A program made the position numbers and the translations under genes. From Parcubacteria group bacterium ADurb.Bin305 (lineage in GTDB: Bacteria; Patescibacteriota; Minisyncoccia; UBA6257), in assembly GCA_002069525.1 (NCBI GenBank), contig MWBJ01000001.1, positions 21,896-85,895 on the forward strand: 64,000 nucleotides of DNA. The letters are read 5' to 3'. Below the pieces are notes generated by a model. The model searched no databases. It had not been told where the DNA came from and was given only the letters and a program-made list of their open reading frames with translations. The first letter of the stretch is position 1. Each line of letters opens with the position of its first letter. Of this stretch, positions 21,250 to 29,434 are shown in pieces.

Positions 21250-22290
21250 TTAAACTATCATCATCGCATCACCAAAAGAAAAAAATCTATATCTTTTCTC
21301 AACAGCCTCTAGGTACGCTGACTTAATCAAGTCCAAACCAGCAAAAGCCGACACTAACATTAATAAGGTTGATTTAGGTAAATGAAAATTAGTGATTAAT
21401 GCATCAACAATCTGAAAATTATAAGGTGGGAAAATAAATAAACTAGTTTCGCCTTCCCGAGGAAATAAAACACCATTTTGGGCGCAAGATTCCAATACTC
21501 TAACAACAGTAGTCCCAACTGCAATAATCCTTTTGTTCAAATCTTTGGCTTGATTAATCCTTTTGGCAACCTCAGGTTCTAAAATGAAATACTCAGAGTG
21601 CATTTTATGTTCTTCTATTGTGGTCTCTTTTACAGGTAAAAAAGTGCCTAGACCAATATGAAGAGTCAAAAACTCCATTTGAACTCCTTTATGTTTTATT
21701 TTATCCAATAATTCTTGAGTGAAGTGAAATCCGGCTGTTGGGGCTGCTACAGCGCCAACCTTTTTAGCATAAACAGTTTGATAATTAGAAAATGAAGCGT
21801 TAGTAGGTTTTTTGATATAAGGAGGCAGCGGGATTTTGCCCAAAGATAAAATACTTTCTTTCAAGTTATCATCTTTTTGATTAAACTCAATCACAATTTC
21901 ATAATTATGCTTGGCTTGCACTCTTCCTTCTAGCGTTCCGCTAAATACAACTTTATCTCCTTCATTAAGATTTTTTCCCAGAGCTATCCAAGCAGCAGGC
22001 CACACCGAATAATCAAAAGAATTCTGACCCTGAGGCTTAATTAATAATATTTCTGTTTTCGCTCCTGTCTTTTCTTTATTTCCTAAAAGCCTAGCCGGAA
22101 CTACTTGAGTATCATTAAAAACTAAAACATCTTGGGGGGTTAGATAGTCTATAATCTCATAAAATTTATGATGGGCTATTTTCCCAGTTGATCTATTTAA
22201 AATTAATAAATTAGAGTGATCACGCGGAGAAATTGGCTCTTGGGCAATTAATTCTGGGGGTAAATAATAATTAAAATCCTCTAGTGTCAT
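21250..22290 (-). CDS. queA: S-adenosylmethionine:tRNA ribosyltransferase-isomerase
   Basis: N-terminal FNYYLPPELIAQEPISPRDHSNLLIL matches QueA. 346 aa. Confidence 0.9.
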   Translation of the reverse strand: MTLEDFNYYLPPELIAQEPISPRDHSNLLILNRSTGKIAHHKFYEIIDYLTPQDVLVFNDTQVVPARLLGNKEKTGAKTEILLIKPQGQNSFDYSVWPAAWIALGKNLNEGDKVVFSGTLEGRVQAKHNYEIVIEFNQKDDNLKESILSLGKIPLPPYIKKPTNASFSNYQTVYAKKVGAVAAPTAGFHFTQELLDKIKHKGVQMEFLTLHIGLGTFLPVKETTIEEHKMHSEYFILEPEVAKRINQAKDLNKRIIAVGTTVVRVLESCAQNGVLFPREGETSLFIFPPYNFQIVDALITNFHLPKSTLLMLVSAFAGLDLIKSAYLEAVEKRYRFFSFGDAMMIV

Positions 22291-22334
22291 AATAATTTTT
22301 ATAAAAATTAAACAACCTATAGTCTGAAAGATAC

Positions 22335-23696
22335 TTATTTATAATCTAATAGCTTCAAACCAAAATTGTAAATATCACCTGCTCCCATAATTATCACGAC
22401 CTCGCCTCCGTTGAGATTGTTAATCAAAAACCTCATAATCTCTGACTTATTCATAAATTTAACAGTCGGTTTATTAATGGCTTTAACCAGTTGCTCTGAA
22501 GAAACATCTATTGTCTTGACTATCCTTTCTCGACCAGCGACCTCAAAAATAGGAATAATTATAATCTCCACCCCTTCTAGTCTTTTAAAAACTTTTACAA
22601 AATCGGTAAATAAGTATTTCGTTCTTTGGCGCTGATGGGGTTGAAATATAATATAGATCTTTTGGTGAGGATACTTTTCTTTAGCAGCTAAGTAAGTAGC
22701 TTCAATTTCTTGAGGGTGATGAGCGTAATCTAAAATAAGAGTTAGCGGTTTCTGATTTATTTTAATTTTATGAGTTTCAAAACGCCTCCAAGCGCCTTGA
22801 TAAGACTTTAAGGCTGAATAAATATAACGATCAGGAACTTTTAATAATTGAGCTGCGGTTTTAGCAGCTAACGCATTAGCTACATTGTGCCAACCCGGAA
22901 TTGTCAAGGATTGCTTTACTTTTAAAGCTGCCTGATCCTGAAGAGAATAATAATGCACATTTATCGTCTTGCTATGATAGTGTCGATTTTGTTTAAGCCA
23001 AGGCATTAAATATTTTTGAATATTTTTATCATCATAATTTAAAACCAAAAAGCCATCCGGCGGTAAATGTGTAATAAATTTTTTAAAAGCTTTAATTATA
23101 TTAGAGAAATTTTTATAATAATCAAGGTGATCTTTAGCTATATTAGTTAGGATAATCATTTGCGGCCAGTAATTTAAAAAAGAAGCTTGATACTCATCAG
23201 CTTCTATAACCCAATAGTTTGATCGACCTAAACGAAAATTAGAATCGCCAAAATCTTGGACTTTTGTTCCCACTACAACAGTAGGATCTAACCCTGCTTT
23301 AACTAAGATCCAGCCTAATAAAGCTGTAGTCGTGCTTTTTCCATGAGTGCCAGAAACAGCTATAGTGTATTTATCCTTTGTTAATTCACCTAAAGCTTGC
23401 GGGTAACTTAAAATCTTTTTCTTTAATTTTTTAGCTTCTTTAAATTCTTGATTAGTTTTTGGTATAGCAGGACTATAAACCACCAAATCGGCTTTTTTAA
23501 TTAGATTAAGGTTTGCTTGAGAAGGTTGACCAATAATAATTTGAGCTCCTAACTGTTGAAAAAAATCAGTAATCTCTGAAGATTTAAGGTCTGAACCAGA
23601 AATTTGGCATTTTTGGCTTAAATAATATCGAGCTAAAGCGGAAATACCAATACCCCCTAGACCAATAAAATGAACGTGTAATCGTTTTTCCATCAA
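22335..23696 (-). CDS. murC: UDP-N-acetylmuramate--L-alanine ligase
   Basis: HFIGLGGIGISALARYYLSQKCQISGSD at the N-terminus. Mur ligase P-loop GTHGKSTTTALL. Confidence 0.85.
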   Translation of the reverse strand: MMEKRLHVHFIGLGGIGISALARYYLSQKCQISGSDLKSSEITDFFQQLGAQIIIGQPSQANLNLIKKADLVVYSPAIPKTNQEFKEAKKLKKKILSYPQALGELTKDKYTIAVSGTHGKSTTTALLGWILVKAGLDPTVVVGTKVQDFGDSNFRLGRSNYWVIEADEYQASFLNYWPQMIILTNIAKDHLDYYKNFSNIIKAFKKFITHLPPDGFLVLNYDDKNIQKYLMPWLKQNRHYHSKTINVHYYSLQDQAALKVKQSLTIPGWHNVANALAAKTAAQLLKVPDRYIYSALKSYQGAWRRFETHKIKINQKPLTLILDYAHHPQEIEATYLAAKEKYPHQKIYIIFQPHQRQRTKYLFTDFVKVFKRLEGVEIIIIPIFEVAGRERIVKTIDVSSEQLVKAINKPTVKFMNKSEIMRFLINNLNGGEVVIIMGAGDIYNFGLKLLDYK

Positions 23697-23701
23697 CTTA
23701 A

Positions 23702-24268
23702 TTATTCCTTACAACAATCAAGGATTTTTTTTAACATATCACCTAATTTATTCCAAACATTTAATGATCCTGCTTTATCCTTATTAGGATCATTATCATT
23801 TTGGAATATAATTTTTTCCTCACTTTCTGAATTAGTATAAGAATTAATATCTTTGACCTCAATTAATTCTAAATTTAACCCCCAAAAAATATTCCAGAGG
23901 GTATAAGATTTATCAAATAAATCTTTAGCCGATTGAGAATTGCCTTCATTTAATTTCTTGGTTCCAACTTCCATTAATCTCATACTGGCAGCTAGTAAAT
24001 GTTTAGAAATGCACCAAATTTCACCCTCGGGATTTTTCACTATTTCTTTAAGTAAAACTTTTCTCTCTTCTCTAATCGTAGTCAATAAAGTTAAATATTT
24101 ATCATCTTTAGTTTTACTGTAGGTAAAGAAAAAATGCTCTTCTAGGGATATTAAATTCATAATGGCAATGGCTAAATCTTCTTTAGAAGATAAATCTAAA
24201 GGATTGCCTCCTTTTTTTAATTCTGTTATTTTATCCAAAATTTTGGAAAATTGCTCTGCTTGAGTCAT
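23702..24268 (-). CDS. hypothetical cytoplasmic protein
   Basis: 188-aa ORF with no TM helix and no recognisable motif. Lies 5 bp downstream of murC. Confidence 0.4.
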   Translation of the reverse strand: MTQAEQFSKILDKITELKKGGNPLDLSSKEDLAIAIMNLISLEEHFFFTYSKTKDDKYLTLLTTIREERKVLLKEIVKNPEGEIWCISKHLLAASMRLMEVGTKKLNEGNSQSAKDLFDKSYTLWNIFWGLNLELIEVKDINSYTNSESEEKIIFQNDNDPNKDKAGSLNVWNKLGDMLKKILDCCKE

Positions 24269-24339
24269 AATTGTAATATTTTTAATATTAATAGTAGTAA
24301 ATTTTATTTAATGTCATATAACCGAATAACACAATATAT

Positions 24340-24774
24340 TTAACAAATAAAAACTTCGATAATAACGCTAACTAAAACCAAAGCCAAAAGGGGTACAATG
24401 GCCTTTTGGTAATAAAAATACACTTTATTGTTGTGCTTAGTAATGATTTTGTGATTAACCCAATCACTGAAAAATAAAATAAACATTCCGACCAAAGATC
24501 CTAAAATAACCCTCGGCATCCCGCAAATTTTAGGAGATTGCCAAATTAAATATTTATAAAGCGGCGCAAAACTTAAAATATAAAACAACCCTAAAATAGT
24601 AGCAAATCCCCCAAAAACTTTAACCTTCTTTTGAGATAAAAATCTAAAAAACAAAAGCGAGGCCGATAGAATCAAGGCGCCTACCCATATCCCTAAAGTT
24701 AAATCATTAATGCCTAACAACTTTGACAGACTTAATCCTCCCACAATACCGAAAGTACATAATGGACCACACAT
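24340..24774 (-). CDS. hypothetical polytopic membrane protein
   Basis: 144-aa ORF with 4 predicted hydrophobic helices. Confidence 0.4.
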   Translation of the reverse strand: MCGPLCTFGIVGGLSLSKLLGINDLTLGIWVGALILSASLLFFRFLSQKKVKVFGGFATILGLFYILSFAPLYKYLIWQSPKICGMPRVILGSLVGMFILFFSDWVNHKIITKHNNKVYFYYQKAIVPLLALVLVSVIIEVFIC

Positions 24775-24789
24775 AAAATTAATTTAAAT

Positions 24790-24885
24790 TTTTATTTTTT
24801 TAGTTTTTTGTTTTTACTTTTTAGTTTTTTGCTTTTACTCGCTTGTTTTTCTTATTATTCTTTAATTTTTAGTTTTTTATTCATT
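24790..24885. repeat. degenerate ~21-bp T-rich tandem repeat (tttttagttttttgYttttac x3)
   Basis: Direct repetition seen in the intergenic region between the trxB stop and the start of the downstream membrane-protein gene. Confidence 0.3.
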
Positions 24886-24909
24886 TTCATTTTGAATCTA
24901 TATTTTCAA

Positions 24910-25833
24910 TCAATTTTGATTTTCTCTCAACCATTTAATAGCCTCTAAGGCTGCCATGGCCCCGAAACCGCTGGCCGTAATAGCTTGGCGATATTTAAAA
25001 TCACAGACATCCCCAGCTGCAAAAACTCCGGGAATTGAAGTTTTTACATTATCAGTAGTTTTAAGATAATGCTCATCAGTAACTGCTAATTGACCCCCTA
25101 AAAACTTAATATTGGGCACGAATCCTATAGCTACAAAAAGACCAGCTACTTCCAGCGATTTTCTTTCATGGGTTTTATTATTTTCTATGATTATACCTTC
25201 TAACATCTTCTCCCCTTCTAATTTTTTCACTTCTGTGTTAAAAAAAATTTCTATTTTAGAATTATGGTATATCTCATCCTGCAATATTTTAGCTGCCTGA
25301 AATTCGTTCAACCAATGAATAAGATAAATTTTCTTCGCATACTTAGAAAGATACAGGGCATTTTCTATAGCCACATCGCCGCCCCCTACCACTGCAACTA
25401 CTTTATCCTTAAAAAAAGCCCCATCGCACACAGCGCAACTAGAAACCCCGTGGCCAAGTAACTCCTGCTCTTTCTCTAAACCTAACCATCGATTAGTTGC
25501 CCCGCTTGAGATAATAACCGCTTTAGCTAAATATTCTTTATTAGCCGCCGAATAAATTTTAAAAGGATATTCAGAAAAATTAACCCGAGTCACATCCTGA
25601 GTAATTAACTCAGTGCCAAATTTATTATTTTGTTGCGTTAATAATTTTACTAACTGCGGTCCTGTTATTCCCTCTGGAAAACCCGGAAAATCATCAATAA
25701 ATATAGCTAAAGAAATTTCTCCACCTTGGGTCCCTGTAAATAAAGCAGTTTTTAATTTAGCCCGACCGGCAAATATCCCTGAGGTTAAACCTGCCGGACC
25801 ACCCCCTATAATAATTAAATCATAAATATTCAT
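24910..25833 (-). CDS. trxB: thioredoxin-disulfide reductase
   Basis: FAD-binding GGGPAGLTSG. Redox-active CAVCDG. NADPH-binding GGGDVAIENALYL. Confidence 0.85.
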   Translation of the reverse strand: MNIYDLIIIGGGPAGLTSGIFAGRAKLKTALFTGTQGGEISLAIFIDDFPGFPEGITGPQLVKLLTQQNNKFGTELITQDVTRVNFSEYPFKIYSAANKEYLAKAVIISSGATNRWLGLEKEQELLGHGVSSCAVCDGAFFKDKVVAVVGGGDVAIENALYLSKYAKKIYLIHWLNEFQAAKILQDEIYHNSKIEIFFNTEVKKLEGEKMLEGIIIENNKTHERKSLEVAGLFVAIGFVPNIKFLGGQLAVTDEHYLKTTDNVKTSIPGVFAAGDVCDFKYRQAITASGFGAMAALEAIKWLRENQN

Positions 25834-25837
25834 AAAA

Positions 25838-26332
25838 TTAAAAAAATAAAGTAATTAAATCATGCCAAAATTTTTTATAAATAGCAACTATTCTCTCCGC
25901 TTCTTTAATGTTTAGGTTATAATTGGGATCTAAAAGAATTTTTGTTTGCACCTCATGCGCTTCATTTAAAATTGATAAATTTCTCAAACCCATATTCTCC
26001 AAAGCTTTAAGAACGTTGGCCCAATCGTTTACCTTAAATCCTAATTTGATTAATAATTTTTCTACCAAAGCCCCGGCCTCCAAAACAGCTATTTTCCAAG
26101 AAGAAGGGTAGGGTTCTTTTAAATAATTTTCTATGGCTGCCCATTCTTTATTAACCTGTAAAGATTGAAGTGGAATTAATCCAAAAATTTCCGACCATTT
26201 ATGATGCCAATAACTAAATACTGAAGTTTTAATCTTTCGCCAATAATAAATAATCCCCAGCAAGAAAAAAAAACTTAATATTAAAGAAACAAATTTAGCT
26301 ACCAAAAAAATTTCTATTAACACCTCCTCCAT
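25838..26332 (-). CDS. hypothetical membrane-anchored protein
   Basis: 164 aa with an N-terminal TM helix and a cytoplasmic helical domain. No recognisable motif. Confidence 0.4.
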   Translation of the reverse strand: MEEVLIEIFLVAKFVSLILSFFFLLGIIYYWRKIKTSVFSYWHHKWSEIFGLIPLQSLQVNKEWAAIENYLKEPYPSSWKIAVLEAGALVEKLLIKLGFKVNDWANVLKALENMGLRNLSILNEAHEVQTKILLDPNYNLNIKEAERIVAIYKKFWHDLITLFF

Positions 26333-26449
26333 AAAATTTTAACCTCAATTATCGAGATGTAAAACGATTAAAAATTTTCATTTATAAAAAGTTATTTTAA
26401 TCTAATAAATAATCAATTGCAGTGCTAGGAAACATATTATTAATAATAA

Positions 26450-27922
26450 TTAATTTTCAGCCAAAACCCCCTCTATCTTTTCTGCTACCTTCAAAAGTTG
26501 CCAGTCAGATCCCTTAGGTCCTAAAATTTGTAAACCGATAGGCAACCCTTCAGAGTCATTACCGCACGGCAAAGAAATAGCTGGTAGACCAGCTAAATTA
26601 GCATTAACTGTTAAAACATCGGACAAATACATAGCTAATGGATCGTGAGCTTTCTCTCCTATTTTAAAAGCCGTGGTAGGAGTGGTCGGAGTAATAACAA
26701 AGTTAACCCTCTCAAACACTTCTTCCCATTGACGAGCTATTAACTTTCTAACTTTTTGAGCTTTATTATAATAAGCATCATAATAACCCTTAGAAAGCAC
26801 ATAAGTACCTAAGATAATTCGCCGTTTAACTTCGGAGCCAAAGCCTAGACCTCTATTTTTTAAATAAATACTGCTTAAGTTCAAGTTCGCCTCTGGAATC
26901 ACCGGGGAGGCATACCGCAATCCATCATAACGGGCTAAATTTGAATTCACTTCAGCTGGCATAATTATATAATAACAAGGAAGGGCAAATTTAGCTAGAG
27001 GAATATTAATCTCCTCTTGGCTAAATCCATAATTAACTAATTTATTAACACCAGCTAAAACCGCATTTTTAACTTCAGCCGAAACTCCTTCACTAAAAAA
27101 TTCAGAGGGTAAACCAATTTTAATATTCTGAGAAGAATTTTTTTTGTTATCACCATTACTCCAACCATCCTCAGCCACTACTTCAATAGAAGTGCTGTCA
27201 TTTTTATCTACGCCCTGCAAAACCTGAAATATAATTCTTGCATCTGCTACATTTTGAGTTAAAGAGCCTATCACATCTAAGGAAGAAGCCATAGCTATTA
27301 AACCAAATCGAGAAATAGCTCCATAAGTTGGCTTAAAACCAACTAGACCACAAAAAGCCGCCGGCTGCCTGATAGATCCTGCTGTATCAGAACCTAAAGC
27401 AAATACAGCCATTCCACTAGCTACCGCGGCAGCTGAACCGCCTGAGGAACCACCGGGCACCCTATCTAGATTATGAGGATTATGAGAAGTAAAAAAAGCA
27501 GAATTTTCGGTAGAAGACCCCATCGCAAATTCGTCCAAATTAGTTTTTCCTAAGCAAATAGCTCTGGCTTCTTTTAACTTTCTAACTACAGTGGCATCAT
27601 AAGAGGCAGAATACTTAGCCAGCATTTTAGAACCCGCAGTAGTAGGAGTACCCTCAAATAAAATATTATCCTTCAAGGCATAAGGAATTCCGGCTAACAT
27701 CCCTATTTTCTCACCGTTTTTTATCCGACTATCCACCGCCTGAGCCTCCCATATCGCTCTTTCTTCTTGCAGGCTTAAAAAAGCTTTGACTTGCGGATCT
27801 TTAGCGTTAATCACTTCAAAATAATTAGTTACCAAATCGCAAGCTGTTATTTCTCTATTAATTAATTGCTGATGTAATTCTTGAATCATATTTAAGAAAA
27901 TTCGATTAAAATCACCACACAA
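26450..27922 (-). CDS. gatA: Asp-tRNA(Asn)/Glu-tRNA(Gln) amidotransferase subunit A
   Basis: Amidase signature GGSSGGSAAAVA and KTNLDEFAMGSSTENSAF. No gatB or gatC adjacent. Confidence 0.85.
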   Translation of the reverse strand: MCGDFNRIFLNMIQELHQQLINREITACDLVTNYFEVINAKDPQVKAFLSLQEERAIWEAQAVDSRIKNGEKIGMLAGIPYALKDNILFEGTPTTAGSKMLAKYSASYDATVVRKLKEARAICLGKTNLDEFAMGSSTENSAFFTSHNPHNLDRVPGGSSGGSAAAVASGMAVFALGSDTAGSIRQPAAFCGLVGFKPTYGAISRFGLIAMASSLDVIGSLTQNVADARIIFQVLQGVDKNDSTSIEVVAEDGWSNGDNKKNSSQNIKIGLPSEFFSEGVSAEVKNAVLAGVNKLVNYGFSQEEINIPLAKFALPCYYIIMPAEVNSNLARYDGLRYASPVIPEANLNLSSIYLKNRGLGFGSEVKRRIILGTYVLSKGYYDAYYNKAQKVRKLIARQWEEVFERVNFVITPTTPTTAFKIGEKAHDPLAMYLSDVLTVNANLAGLPAISLPCGNDSEGLPIGLQILGPKGSDWQLLKVAEKIEGVLAEN

Positions 27923-27923
27923 A

Positions 27924-28478
27924 TTAGATCTGTTCGATCGCTTTTTTTAAGGATTGTAAAGCTCGATGCAATAACACTCTAATAGCTCCTTCTGTTTTGT
28001 TTAAAATTTGGCTAATCTCTGAGATAGATAAATCGTCTATGTAATACCAAATAAGAACATGACTATAAAGCTCATTGATTCTTTTTAAAGCCTGCTGCAC
28101 TTTTTCTAAAGCTAGATCGGTGGCCACTTTTTCTTCCACTAACGAAGGAACTGCAAATTCCGGCATTTCATATCCGTTTTTTTCAAAAAGTTCATCCAAA
28201 GAAAAGGTTTTTTGTTTTCGCTGACGATAAAAATCAACTAATAGATTATGATTAATTCGGTATAAAAAAGCGAGATGGTTTTTAATATTATTTTTTTTAT
28301 TTTTTCCAATGCTTTCGACCCCGAGTGAGGCTTTTTCCCAAAATTTCAAAAATGCCAAAGATGTTAAATCTTGAGCTGCTTCTAAGTCATCAGTTCTCAG
28401 ATAAAAAAAACGAAACACTTTATCAATATTTTGGTAATAAAAATCAGTAAATTCTTTTTGGTTCATAAAATTAGTCAA
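27924..28478 (-). CDS. RNA polymerase sigma factor, sigma-70 family (ECF-like)
   Basis: Region 2-like DKVFRFFYLRTDDLEAAQDLTSLAFLKFW. Region 4 HTH LSISEISQILNKTEGAIRVLLHRALQSLK. Confidence 0.65.
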   Translation of the reverse strand: MTNFMNQKEFTDFYYQNIDKVFRFFYLRTDDLEAAQDLTSLAFLKFWEKASLGVESIGKNKKNNIKNHLAFLYRINHNLLVDFYRQRKQKTFSLDELFEKNGYEMPEFAVPSLVEEKVATDLALEKVQQALKRINELYSHVLIWYYIDDLSISEISQILNKTEGAIRVLLHRALQSLKKAIEQI

Positions 28479-29421
28479 TTATATCAGCTAAAATTTTAGC
28501 TAATTTGTGGGGGTCATGGCGTAAAAATTGGGTTTTTCGCAGTAAAGGAGCTTTAATTAATTTATATTTTCTTTCTTTGAAAAAACCCTCATCGCGTAAC
28601 TCTACAGGCTGAGCTCGTTCTTTACTGTATTTCTTTAAATTTTTCTTAGATATTTTTTCAATATTAATTATTACATAATCTATAACATTTTTGCCTAAAT
28701 ATTTCTCTATCTCGCGACAAAAATCTTCCACAGTAAAATTATTAGTTTCTCCATATTTAGTCATTACATTACAAATATAAATTTTTTTCGCTTTAGATTG
28801 TTTAATTGCTTGGGGAATACCATCCACTAATAAATTAGGAATGATGCTTGAATACAAATCACCGGGGCCTAAAATAATAGCATCGGCTTTTTGAAGAGCC
28901 TTGAGGGCCTTAGGGTTAGCTTTAACCCGAGGATTCAAAAAAACTTTTTCTATTTTTAGATTAGGATCGTGTTTGGGAATATCAATATTAGTCTCACCTA
29001 CCACTAGATAACCATTCTCCAATTGAGCAAACAAACGAGCATTTTCTAATGACACAGGGATAACCTCACCTTTAATATTTAAAATTTTACCTGCCTCCTC
29101 AATAGCTGAAGAAAAATCTTTAGTAATTCTTTCTAAGGCGGTTAAAAATAAATTACCAAAGCTATGCCCTTTCAAATTATTACCATCTTTAAAACGATAG
29201 GAAAAAAGCTTAGTTAAAACAGGAGAAGCAGAAGATAAAGCTATTAGCGCTCGACGAATATCGCCCGGGGGTAAAATACCAAAATCTTCCCTTAAAATTC
29301 GAGAAGACCCCCCATCATCAGCTATGGACACAATAGCCGATAAATGATAGGGATAATCTTTTAACCCCACTAACACCGTAAAAACTCCGGTTCCTCCTCC
29401 TATAACTGCTACATTCTTCAT
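28471..29421 (-). CDS. YvcK/CofD-like (UPF0052) gluconeogenesis factor family protein
   Basis: VAVIGGGTGVFTVLVGLK...IVSIADDGGSS matches the YvcK N-terminal signature. Confidence 0.75.
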   Translation of the reverse strand: MKNVAVIGGGTGVFTVLVGLKDYPYHLSAIVSIADDGGSSRILREDFGILPPGDIRRALIALSSASPVLTKLFSYRFKDGNNLKGHSFGNLFLTALERITKDFSSAIEEAGKILNIKGEVIPVSLENARLFAQLENGYLVVGETNIDIPKHDPNLKIEKVFLNPRVKANPKALKALQKADAIILGPGDLYSSIIPNLLVDGIPQAIKQSKAKKIYICNVMTKYGETNNFTVEDFCREIEKYLGKNVIDYVIINIEKISKKNLKKYSKERAQPVELRDEGFFKERKYKLIKAPLLRKTQFLRHDPHKLAKILADIID

Positions 29422-29434
29422 ACTTCAAAATGAA

